Below, piece by piece: positions 8,536-16,217 of a stretch of DNA of 41,361 bases. This DNA is from a virus (taxonomy: Duplodnaviria > Caudoviricetes), in the IMG/VR virus record IMGVR_UViG_3300048850_000033, positions 1 through 41,361 of that record; one strand, 5' to 3'. The notes beneath the pieces were generated by a model. That model saw nothing but the letters and a program-made list of their open reading frames with translations. It made no database searches and was not told the DNA's origin. Made by a program: the position numbers and the translations under genes. The stretch's first letter is position 1, and each line of letters begins with the position of its first letter.

Positions 8536-10127
8536 TATTTTTTCCTTCCTGCTTCGAAGAGCGCGCCGTAATTCACCCGCCGGAGGCCGTCAGACCCCTT
8601 GCGTACGGCGTCGGGGCGGACCTTCTCCACCTCCTGCGCCATGACGCCGATCCGCTTCGGAGCGTTCTTGCCTTCGCCCTTGTAGCGGTACTCATAGAGG
8701 CCGCCGACTTTCTTGATATCCTTCTTCGCCGTCTTGTCGGACAGCGTGAAGAGGCCCGCGAGGCCGCCCATCAGACTGCCGATGCCCGCCTGATTCTGCT
8801 GGTATGCGCCCATCTTGTTCGCATAGTCCTGTTGCACGAGGCCGGCATAATCGACGGTCGGCATGGGGTTGCTCTGCGTCGGGACGAAGCTCGGGCTGTT
8901 GACCTGCGCGCCGGACATGAGGCCGATGATTTCGTTGATCGGCTGGTTGCGCTGGGCATAGAGCTCGTTCAGGTACTGCGCCCGCTGCTGGTTCTGCATG
9001 TTGAACTTCGACTGCTGCGAGTTGAAGCTCTGGTCTTGCAGGGCGTTATTGCCGGCCGTGGCGGTGTTCTGGTTCTGATATTGCTGCTGCAGCGCGTCGT
9101 TGCCGAACTGGGCACCTGCCAAGCCCTGGCCAAACTTCTGCTGCTGCGCCGCGTTGTTGGCCTGTAACTGTGCCTGGTTCTGCCCGAACTGCTGCTGCTG
9201 GGCGGCATTGCCCATCTGCATGTTGTTGGCGTTCTGGGCATATTGCTGCGCCTGCGCGGAATTGGCGAACTGGCCAGAGCCGAGCATCTGGTTATAGGCC
9301 TGCTGTTGGGCAGAGTTTTGGAAGGTCGCCGACTGATTGGCGAGCCCGGCCAGACGGGATTGCTCCTGCCCGGCGCTGAGGATGGCGCCGAGACGAGCAT
9401 CTGTGGAAGACCGGTTCGCCTCGTCGATCGCCCGGTTGTAGGCCTCGGAGCCCGGCTGCAGGCCTTGGTTCGTCAGCCGCGTTTCCAGAGCCGCGCGATC
9501 CCGCTCCATCTGCGGGTTCAGGCGCTGCATCAGCGCATCCTCGACCCTCTGCCGGTCGGCGCTGAAGTCCGTCTCGTAGCTGCGGGTGATGTCGCCGGCG
9601 TTGCCGAGCTGGTTCTGTATCTTGCCGCTGTCGGCAACCTGCTTCTGAATATTGCCGGCGCCAGCGATCGACGATTGAACGTTGCCGTAATTGCCGAGGC
9701 TCGTCTGTAGCTGCGGCCCGCTGCCGAACTGCTGGTATTGCGGCAGCCCGATGGCGCCGGCGTTGCCCCCGGCCGGGGCGCCGGAGATGTCGATCGGCTT
9801 GCCGAGCAGATTATTGAGCTTGCCCGACTGATTGTTGGCGAGTGTCGCCATGTTCAGTTCGGCGGCGTCCGTCTGGTTCTTGATGGCCTGCTGCTGCTGG
9901 GAAAGCGTCTGCGTAGCGGTCGGAACCTGCAGGTCATAGACCTTGCCGCTAACCGGATCAGTCCATTGCTTCGTTTCATAGGTGTAGGTCAGCTTTCCAT
10001 CAGGCGTGACCTGGTTGACGTTGCCCATCAGATTGTTGGCAACGGAAGTCCCGATATTCGTCGCCGTCTGTGCGGAGGCTGTTTCCTGCGGGTCAGGAGC
10101 TTCCGGAGCGCTACCGTAAAGGCCCAT
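8535..10127 (-). CDS. Gln-rich pilot/ejection protein with C-terminal peptidase S74 (intramolecular chaperone) domain
   Basis: SDKTAK...YEYRYKG...IGVMAQEVE...VNYG S74 motifs; 18-aa Gln/Asn repeats. Confidence 0.8.
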   Translation of the reverse strand: MGLYGSAPEAPDPQETASAQTATNIGTSVANNLMGNVNQVTPDGKLTYTYETKQWTDPVSGKVYDLQVPTATQTLSQQQQAIKNQTDAAELNMATLANNQSGKLNNLLGKPIDISGAPAGGNAGAIGLPQYQQFGSGPQLQTSLGNYGNVQSSIAGAGNIQKQVADSGKIQNQLGNAGDITRSYETDFSADRQRVEDALMQRLNPQMERDRAALETRLTNQGLQPGSEAYNRAIDEANRSSTDARLGAILSAGQEQSRLAGLANQSATFQNSAQQQAYNQMLGSGQFANSAQAQQYAQNANNMQMGNAAQQQQFGQNQAQLQANNAAQQQKFGQGLAGAQFGNDALQQQYQNQNTATAGNNALQDQSFNSQQSKFNMQNQQRAQYLNELYAQRNQPINEIIGLMSGAQVNSPSFVPTQSNPMPTVDYAGLVQQDYANKMGAYQQNQAGIGSLMGGLAGLFTLSDKTAKKDIKKVGGLYEYRYKGEGKNAPKRIGVMAQEVEKVRPDAVRKGSDGLRRVNYGALFEAGRKK

Positions 10128-10130
10128 GTG

Positions 10131-10592
10131 TCAATCCTTTATCCAGTCTTCGACGGTCTCTCGCGAGCCGGAATGGCAGAGTTCGAAAAAGTCCTCGGTC
10201 GTGGTCTTGGCGTGGTCGTATCCGCCGCAGATCGCAGCAACTGCCGTGACGATCGAGCCGACAGCCTCACGCATGACAAAGCCGAATTGCCGCTTCAGAG
10301 CGTCCCGAGAGGAGCGCCACTCGTCCGAAAGCTGCCATTGCACGACGACGTTGTTGATCAGCGGTGCCAGGGTTGCGGCATGGCGGACGAAGAATGGGTT
10401 CAGCGGCAGGACGGTGAGCGTGCGCACCAACAGCCAGCAGACGTTTCTCTGCCGGTTCTCCTCCTCGTCGACAATATCGTCGGCGAGCCGGGCGACCTCG
10501 GCTATCTCGTTGAGGAAGTCGGCCGCCGCCTCGTCGCCACGCGTCCAGCGCAGGAGTGCGGCGCGCACGGCTTCTTTATCGCTCGGCAACAT
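10131..10592 (-). CDS. All-alpha protein with DDxxD motif (isoprenoid synthase/prenyltransferase-like)
   Basis: ARLADDIVDEE and LPLNPFF; start overlaps the upstream stop; the gene is clearly real but its function is inferred. Confidence 0.6.
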   Translation of the reverse strand: MLPSDKEAVRAALLRWTRGDEAAADFLNEIAEVARLADDIVDEEENRQRNVCWLLVRTLTVLPLNPFFVRHAATLAPLINNVVVQWQLSDEWRSSRDALKRQFGFVMREAVGSIVTAVAAICGGYDHAKTTTEDFFELCHSGSRETVEDWIKD

Positions 10593-12208
10593 CAGGCGCT
10601 CGCCTCCCCGATCGATACTTGAACCGTGGCTAGGTCAACCTCGATATCAAGCTTGAAATTGCCGCCGGAGGTGATGACGCAGCCGACCGCCAGCATGTCG
10701 CCCGCTGCCCGGACGTTTTGGCGGAAGTCGTAGCGCTGTACCTCGGATGCCCCATCCCAAATGGCCACGTCCCAGAGGCCAACATCCCATTCCGACGAAC
10801 TCACATCCCCTTCAGTGATCGTGGCGAAGGTCGGCGTTGACCGGTCATAGTCGGCGCGCGCGAATAGCCGGACCTTTGGCTTGGTCTTGGCCCGGAAATA
10901 CATATGCGCGAGTGTGGCGTTTGCCCGCTGTCCGAACTGCCCGGCTGGCGAGAACTGCGAGAGATAGCTCGCCGAGAAGGTCAGGCCGTCATCTGTACCG
11001 CCGGCGTCTCCCTGCCACATGTAGCCGTCGAGTGAGCCGAAGAAGAGGCCGCCTTGCAGCGTCTCGTAGCAGAGCGCCTGCCAATTGCTGATCATCGACC
11101 AACGCCCGGTGAGAACGTTCAGGACAAAAGTCGTGTCCGTGACGACGGTATTTTCCGGGAATGCGACGAACACCAGGTTCTGCTCGGGCCACTGCTTCAG
11201 CGTCCAGCCGCTCCCGGTGGCGTTGGCTGCCTTGCGCCAGTCATCCTCGATCGGGCGAGAGACGGACACCAGCGAAAGAGCCTGGCGGTCGCGCTGGAAC
11301 ACCTGCGACATCGGCGTCAGGCCGTCCGTCGTGGCTATGAGGATGTCGCCGCCCGCTCTGATCCATGCGTTTTTGCCGAGCGGGCGGCCGATCTGATAGA
11401 CGCCCTTCAGCGCGAAATCCGATGCACTCGACGGATCGGAGCCGGCATAGACCGCTATTTCACCTTCGGTCGAGACGAAGACGCACATGTCGTTGAGGCC
11501 GTCACCGCTTTCCAGCGACCAGGAGAAGCCGGTGAGCAGCGAGCCGCCCTTCTTCATCACGCCGCCAAGCGGGAAGACGACGGCCGCGCCGCCAATGGCG
11601 TTCACCGGCAGGTAATAGGCGTCCAGCGTGCCGTTCTTCAGGAAAAACTCCCGGTTCTTGAACAGCCAGCCATAATTGAGCTGCGGCATCGTCGTGCCAT
11701 CGGTGAAGGTGATGGCCGGCGCTGTCGTCCAACTCGTGCCGTTATAAAGCTGCCGGTTATTGGCGCCATTCAGGCACACCAGCCAGGACGTGCCGGCATT
11801 GGTATGCTGGAAGGCGCACCAATCACCGCCGCTCATACCGGAAACATCGGCCGCGGTCGTGGTTGGCGGCGCGGCCGGCGAGGTCATGTTGTAGATGCCG
11901 CTCGCCGTCGCCATGAACAGCTTTTCGTTACTTCCGTATTTGTACTTAAAGGCGCTCCGGACATCGCCGCCGTCCGCCGCCCGGCCCTTCTTCTGCGAAC
12001 CGCCCCGGATTTTGCAGCCCGTCAGCGTCGGGAAGAAGTTGCGGAGCACCGTTGCCGAGCCCGGTTGTTGCGAAGCCATGTCCGCCGTGGTGACAAGGCC
12101 TCCCTTCGGCGCAGGGAAGGTCACCGGCTGCGATTTCTGGTCCCGGCCGACCGACACCGCCCCGCGGTTGGATTGCCCTATACGGGCCGGTCTGGGCTGA
12201 ATTCTCAT
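10592..12208 (-). CDS. Tail nozzle / DNA stabilisation protein (P22 gp10-like, beta-rich)
   Basis: 538 aa beta-rich; STEGEIAVYAGSDP and WDVGLWDVAIWD motifs; follows the adaptor genes. Confidence 0.75.
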   Translation of the reverse strand: MRIQPRPARIGQSNRGAVSVGRDQKSQPVTFPAPKGGLVTTADMASQQPGSATVLRNFFPTLTGCKIRGGSQKKGRAADGGDVRSAFKYKYGSNEKLFMATASGIYNMTSPAAPPTTTAADVSGMSGGDWCAFQHTNAGTSWLVCLNGANNRQLYNGTSWTTAPAITFTDGTTMPQLNYGWLFKNREFFLKNGTLDAYYLPVNAIGGAAVVFPLGGVMKKGGSLLTGFSWSLESGDGLNDMCVFVSTEGEIAVYAGSDPSSASDFALKGVYQIGRPLGKNAWIRAGGDILIATTDGLTPMSQVFQRDRQALSLVSVSRPIEDDWRKAANATGSGWTLKQWPEQNLVFVAFPENTVVTDTTFVLNVLTGRWSMISNWQALCYETLQGGLFFGSLDGYMWQGDAGGTDDGLTFSASYLSQFSPAGQFGQRANATLAHMYFRAKTKPKVRLFARADYDRSTPTFATITEGDVSSSEWDVGLWDVAIWDGASEVQRYDFRQNVRAAGDMLAVGCVITSGGNFKLDIEVDLATVQVSIGEASA

Positions 12209-12807
12209 TGGGCGCCCCTGTCGGCATTGATCTCCTGCGCGAGGTCGGCTTCGAACTCGGCAAGATTGTCCTCGTAGGCGAGCCCCTTTTGACGCTTCCA
12301 GCGCCAGATGATGCCCTTCACCAGCAGCCTTTCGGGAAAGAGCGTGGTGTCATCGTCTGCCGAGAATGTCGCCTGCGGCCCGTCCGGATCGTGCAGCACC
12401 CAGTTCTTCGAAACATAGTCGATCACCGCGCCAGCAGCGGCCGACGCGGGAGAAATCAGCACTTGGCCGCCCTTGATGAAGAAATAAGGTTGCGTCGAGG
12501 GAATGCCGACGATGACCGCCCATTGGCCGCTGTTGGTGACCGGCCGAATGAAGCCGCCGGCCGACGTTCTGATCGAGCCGCCAGGCGTCAGGCGTTGAAA
12601 GTCGCTCGGAAGGTTCTCGGGGGACGCGGTGAGGGTGTGGAATTTCAGCGTCTTCTGCCAGTCGGCGCGGCGAGCAATCTCGTCGCCGGCTTCCTGCGCC
12701 ATGGCAACCATCGTTTGGGCGTTCGGCTCGTCGGAGCCGTAGACGTTGTCAAATTGGGAGAGGGAAACGATGTCGCAGGCTTCATTGATCGCAGTCAGCA
12801 GGCTCAT
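12205..12807 (-). CDS. Head-tail adaptor (tail tubular protein A / P22 gp4-like)
   Basis: MSLLTAINEA...LPSDF...IWRWKRQKGL pattern and position. Confidence 0.7.
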   Translation of the reverse strand: MSLLTAINEACDIVSLSQFDNVYGSDEPNAQTMVAMAQEAGDEIARRADWQKTLKFHTLTASPENLPSDFQRLTPGGSIRTSAGGFIRPVTNSGQWAVIVGIPSTQPYFFIKGGQVLISPASAAAGAVIDYVSKNWVLHDPDGPQATFSADDDTTLFPERLLVKGIIWRWKRQKGLAYEDNLAEFEADLAQEINADRGAQ

Positions 12808-13403
12808 GGCGTAACCCCTCCGACGACCAACTGCGCATTGCCCCAGCGGGCGCGCTCGTCCTCGATCTTCAAGCCGCTCAACGCCATCATGAGAAGCTGC
12901 TGCGCCGCGGACGCGCCCTCGACATCCTTTGCCCAGATGGCGATTTCGTTGACGAGGGCATAGAGGTACACGTCGGCCGCCTTCTCCAGCAGCCAGTTCG
13001 TCGGATTCGACGGCGTGAGCGCCGGGATGCGGGCGTAATAGGTGACCGTCAGATCCTGGTCATTGATCGGCCGCGCCTTGAGCATGCTCCCGACGATGGC
13101 ATAGCCGGTTGGAATGCCGCTGCGGCCCATATAGCTGTTGGTGAGCTGCTGCAGGGAGACCGCGCGAATGGGAATGCCGGCGGCCGTCTTCACCTCTCGC
13201 GCCTCGAGGAAGTCAGCCGGAAGCGTCCCGTCGCCGTCGATCAGCGCGATTTCGTCCGTCACTTCCATGTCGGCGACGCGAAGGCCGCGGTTCAGCTTCA
13301 GCTCCGCGAGCCCGAGGAAGCGCGGGAAATTGTGCGCGATGTCCTCGCGTCCGGAATACTCGCCGGCATCCACCAGAAGGGACGCATAGTCCGAAATGGT
13401 CAT
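12804..13403 (-). CDS. Second adaptor-like virion protein
   Basis: LPADFLE...YYARIPALT..NPTNWLL..DVYLYA pattern and position. Confidence 0.7.
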   Translation of the reverse strand: MTISDYASLLVDAGEYSGREDIAHNFPRFLGLAELKLNRGLRVADMEVTDEIALIDGDGTLPADFLEAREVKTAAGIPIRAVSLQQLTNSYMGRSGIPTGYAIVGSMLKARPINDQDLTVTYYARIPALTPSNPTNWLLEKAADVYLYALVNEIAIWAKDVEGASAAQQLLMMALSGLKIEDERARWGNAQLVVGGVTP

Positions 13404-13723
13404 AGATGCCCCTCTTTCGTCCGCCAGGCGCGGTTATCCGAGCTGTTGAGGAAACGCTTCACGAAACCGTCGTCGCCCTCTGACTGGGCCCTCACGAGCC
13501 CGGAATGATGAGCGATGTTGAGCGGGACAGAGGCGACACGGTGCCAATCGCCGGCCCATGCGCGGCTCGCCTCATTGCGTACCGCCTGGTTCTCGCTGAT
13601 CAGGTTGTCGACGGGGTAGTCGACACGGAAAACGTCTTTCTCCCCGTCGAAATAGTGCCAGACGGAGCGGCCGGTCATGTGGTCGTGGTCAAAGAGCGTC
13701 CACTCTCCGTCTCTGATGATCAT
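13400..13723 (-). CDS. Phage hypothetical protein (head module)
   Basis: ATGA coupling at both ends; DNRAWRT motif. Confidence 0.75.
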   Translation of the reverse strand: MIIRDGEWTLFDHDHMTGRSVWHYFDGEKDVFRVDYPVDNLISENQAVRNEASRAWAGDWHRVASVPLNIAHHSGLVRAQSEGDDGFVKRFLNSSDNRAWRTKEGHL

Positions 13724-13890
13724 TCGGCGTCTCCGGGCAGCGGGTCGGCGCGTTCGGCTTTGCCGGCGTCGATGAGCTTCTTTGCTTCGGAAACCGACAC
13801 TTCGACCACCGTTCTGGCGGGCGTGCGCTTGTTTTCTTCAAACCACACGTCGTAGAGCAGCTTGACGGGGGTCTTTTTGGCTTCTGCCAT
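13720..13890 (-). CDS. Small hypothetical protein (56 aa, absent from the ORF track)
   Basis: MAEAKKTPVKLLYDVWFEENKRTPARTVVEVSVSEAKKLIDAGKAERADPLPGDAE; SD AGGAG; ATGA overlap with the next gene. Confidence 0.8.
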   Translation of the reverse strand: MAEAKKTPVKLLYDVWFEENKRTPARTVVEVSVSEAKKLIDAGKAERADPLPGDAE

Positions 13891-13907
13891 GTTGTTTCTC
13901 CTGAAAT

Positions 13908-13934
13908 GGGAAGGGCGAGCCGAAGCCCGCCCCT
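13908..13934 (-). terminator. Stem-loop after the major capsid gene (attenuator/terminator)
   Basis: GGGCGGGC-UUCG-GCUCGCCC hairpin followed by a pyrimidine run. Confidence 0.7.
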
Positions 13935-13955
13935 GTTGATGATGACCGAAGCCGA

Positions 13956-14951
13956 TTAGCTGTCGACGTCGAGCCCGAAGAGGTCGGCAGCGACGCCGAG
14001 GCCCTTCTCGTTCTTCACCTTCAGCGTGCCTTCGCCGATGATCACGCCCTTGTCGGCGTCACCGGTCTTGGCGACCTTCTTGTCCTCCTGGATCTTGTCG
14101 AGCCAGAGGAACTCCAGCATGTCCGTATCCAGGAAGAAGGCGTTGCGAGCCTGCTGCGCACCCACAGCCTGAACGCGGTTCGGGTGGATCATGACCGTGC
14201 CGAACGGGCCTTCGTAGTAGTCGGCCGTCGCGACGATGGTGTTGCGCTCGCCGCCCTTGGAGACGGCATAGCGGAACGGCGCCACGTTGGCGTCCGACAT
14301 GAAGGTGACGAACACGCTCTTCACGTAGGGCGAGACCGAGACGTGCCGGAAGTTGGCGCCGTTCTGGTAGCCCGACTGCATCACGCTATCCAGGATGGAC
14401 TTCGTGAAGGCGCGCTGCGTGCCATCGGTTGGGGCGACCGTCAGGCCCGTACCAGAGTCGAAGCCGCCGTTGGCACCACCAGCGCCGCGGGAAACGTTGG
14501 TTTCGATCCAGGTATTCAGCGAACCGAATTCGCGGGTGGAGCCCGCCACGGAAGCGTTGGTGTCGACGATGGCGAACTCGACATCCTTGCGGATTTCGAC
14601 GCCCTTCTTGAGCTTCTGGTATTTCCGCTTTTCAGCGTTGCCGGCGTTGCTGACAGACTCCTGCGTACGGGAGATGATCCACTCCTTGCGCATGATCTGC
14701 GTATAGTTGCCCATCCGCTCCGGCGGGGTGATCGCGCCGAAGGTGTATTCGTCGCCTTCCGGCTTGATGTTCGCTGCCGGAGCGGCGAGCTCGTCCGTCT
14801 CCCACTCGGGGTGAACGGAAACGCACTTGCCCTTTTCGATGAGCGAATAGATCGGGGTGTCTTCCGGCGTGATGCGGGACACCACGTCGGAGAGCTCTTC
14901 ACGATTGCCGATGGCATTCGTGGTCTGGAAGGTATTGGCAAGAGCTGCCAT
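13956..14951 (-). CDS. Major capsid protein (DUF5309/SU10-like)
   Basis: GNREELSDVVSRITPEDTP, HPEWETDEL, GNYTQI, LKKGVEIRKDVE, AKTGD and GEGTLKV motifs; follows the scaffold gene. Confidence 0.9.
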   Translation of the reverse strand: MAALANTFQTTNAIGNREELSDVVSRITPEDTPIYSLIEKGKCVSVHPEWETDELAAPAANIKPEGDEYTFGAITPPERMGNYTQIMRKEWIISRTQESVSNAGNAEKRKYQKLKKGVEIRKDVEFAIVDTNASVAGSTREFGSLNTWIETNVSRGAGGANGGFDSGTGLTVAPTDGTQRAFTKSILDSVMQSGYQNGANFRHVSVSPYVKSVFVTFMSDANVAPFRYAVSKGGERNTIVATADYYEGPFGTVMIHPNRVQAVGAQQARNAFFLDTDMLEFLWLDKIQEDKKVAKTGDADKGVIIGEGTLKVKNEKGLGVAADLFGLDVDS

Positions 14952-14975
14952 GGTTCTGATCCTTTGAAGATGGGG

Positions 14976-15944
14976 TTATTCAAAGTCGATCGACATCGCG
15001 TCCTTGATCGACCCGGTTTTTGCCAACCTCTTCATCGCATCCTGGTTCTTGCGGGCTGCCGGGTTCACTGCGCCATTCGGCTTGGCTTTTGCCGTGGCCG
15101 GTGGAGCGTTCGCCACCTTCGTCATGGCCTTGCTCTTCGCCTGTTCGGCCTGAAGACCGAGCATGGCGTAGTGCATGACCTTGAAGTAACGGTGATCGGT
15201 GAAGCCCTGCATCTCCTCTGGAGAGAACCCGAAATCCTCGCCCGACTTGAATGCATCGGTGAAGAACTTCTCTCGGGCTTCCTCCTTCGCGAGATGCGGG
15301 AAGGCTTCGAGCAGCTTGGCGTTCTCGGCCGCGAGAGTTTCCTCCGTCGCGGTCTGTTTGAGTTCGCCGGCGACCTTCTGCGGCTCCTGCCCCAGGTTGA
15401 TAAGCTGGTGCACGCGAGCCAAGGCGGCGTCGTAAACCGCCTTCTGCCGGGTGTATTCGCTGGGATTCTGGATCGCCATCGAATAGTTCGGCTCTTCCGG
15501 TAGCTGTTCGACCAGGAATTGAGCGATTGCGTTCGCCGTGGTGGCGACGCGGGTTGTCATGGCCTCAAGAGATCCGCGCTTGTTGCCGAGCTCCTGAGTT
15601 TTCCGGCGGTAATCACTCTCCCGCAAATAACCCTGCTTCAGCTCCTCGAGAGGAACCTGCTCACCGCCTTTCAGGGTGATGATCGTATCCGAGGCTTCGT
15701 TGGTCTCCTCGCCCTCTTCTTCGGGTTCGGCAGACTCGTCGCTTTCGGCTGCGGGATCGTCGGTCTCTTGGCCATCTTCAGAGGCCTCATCCGTCGCATT
15801 CGTCGATTGCTGCTCTTCCTCTTCCGGCTCGTTGGTCTCGGAGGACTCGGCGAAGTCGAGGTTTACAGCGTCATCGAAGCTGAGTGCGGGGCGACCGCTA
15901 TCACTCTCTCCGGTGAACGGAGAGTTGGTGGCTGCGTCTGTCAT
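14976..15944 (-). CDS. Capsid scaffolding protein
   Basis: Highly acidic N-terminus; VPLEELKQGYLRESDYRRKTQEL motif; RLAKTGSIKDA C-terminus. Confidence 0.88.
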   Translation of the reverse strand: MTDAATNSPFTGESDSGRPALSFDDAVNLDFAESSETNEPEEEEQQSTNATDEASEDGQETDDPAAESDESAEPEEEGEETNEASDTIITLKGGEQVPLEELKQGYLRESDYRRKTQELGNKRGSLEAMTTRVATTANAIAQFLVEQLPEEPNYSMAIQNPSEYTRQKAVYDAALARVHQLINLGQEPQKVAGELKQTATEETLAAENAKLLEAFPHLAKEEAREKFFTDAFKSGEDFGFSPEEMQGFTDHRYFKVMHYAMLGLQAEQAKSKAMTKVANAPPATAKAKPNGAVNPAARKNQDAMKRLAKTGSIKDAMSIDFE

Positions 15945-15977
15945 GTCTGGCTTTGCCTTTTAGGTTTGGCCGCGGCC

Positions 15978-16217
15978 CTATGCCGGGGCGCCCTTCCCAT
16001 CGGCAGAGGATTGTCCCTCGGCGAGGAACTTGATCTTGCCTTTGAGATTTCGAATGGCCCGCACTTCGGCCGCAAAGGCGGCGCGGGCATCATGATCTGT
16101 GTTCTTGGCGTTGACGCAGCCGTTGACGGCGGCCATCTCCAATTCGTCCATCAGCAGATGAAAGAGCGGCATGTCGAGCAGCACGCGGGCGGCTGCGGTC
16201 TTGTCTTCCTGACGCAT
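15978..16217 (-). CDS. Hypothetical protein between portal and scaffold
   Basis: TGATG coupling to the portal gene. Confidence 0.75.
   Translation of the reverse strand: MRQEDKTAAARVLLDMPLFHLLMDELEMAAVNGCVNAKNTDHDARAAFAAEVRAIRNLKGKIKFLAEGQSSADGKGAPA

Noticed and set aside
8535-10127. Tail fibre or tape measure call for the S74 protein
   Set aside because: Gln-rich helical repeats, location among ejection genes, a separate collar-type fibre gene and no tail tube genes argue against it
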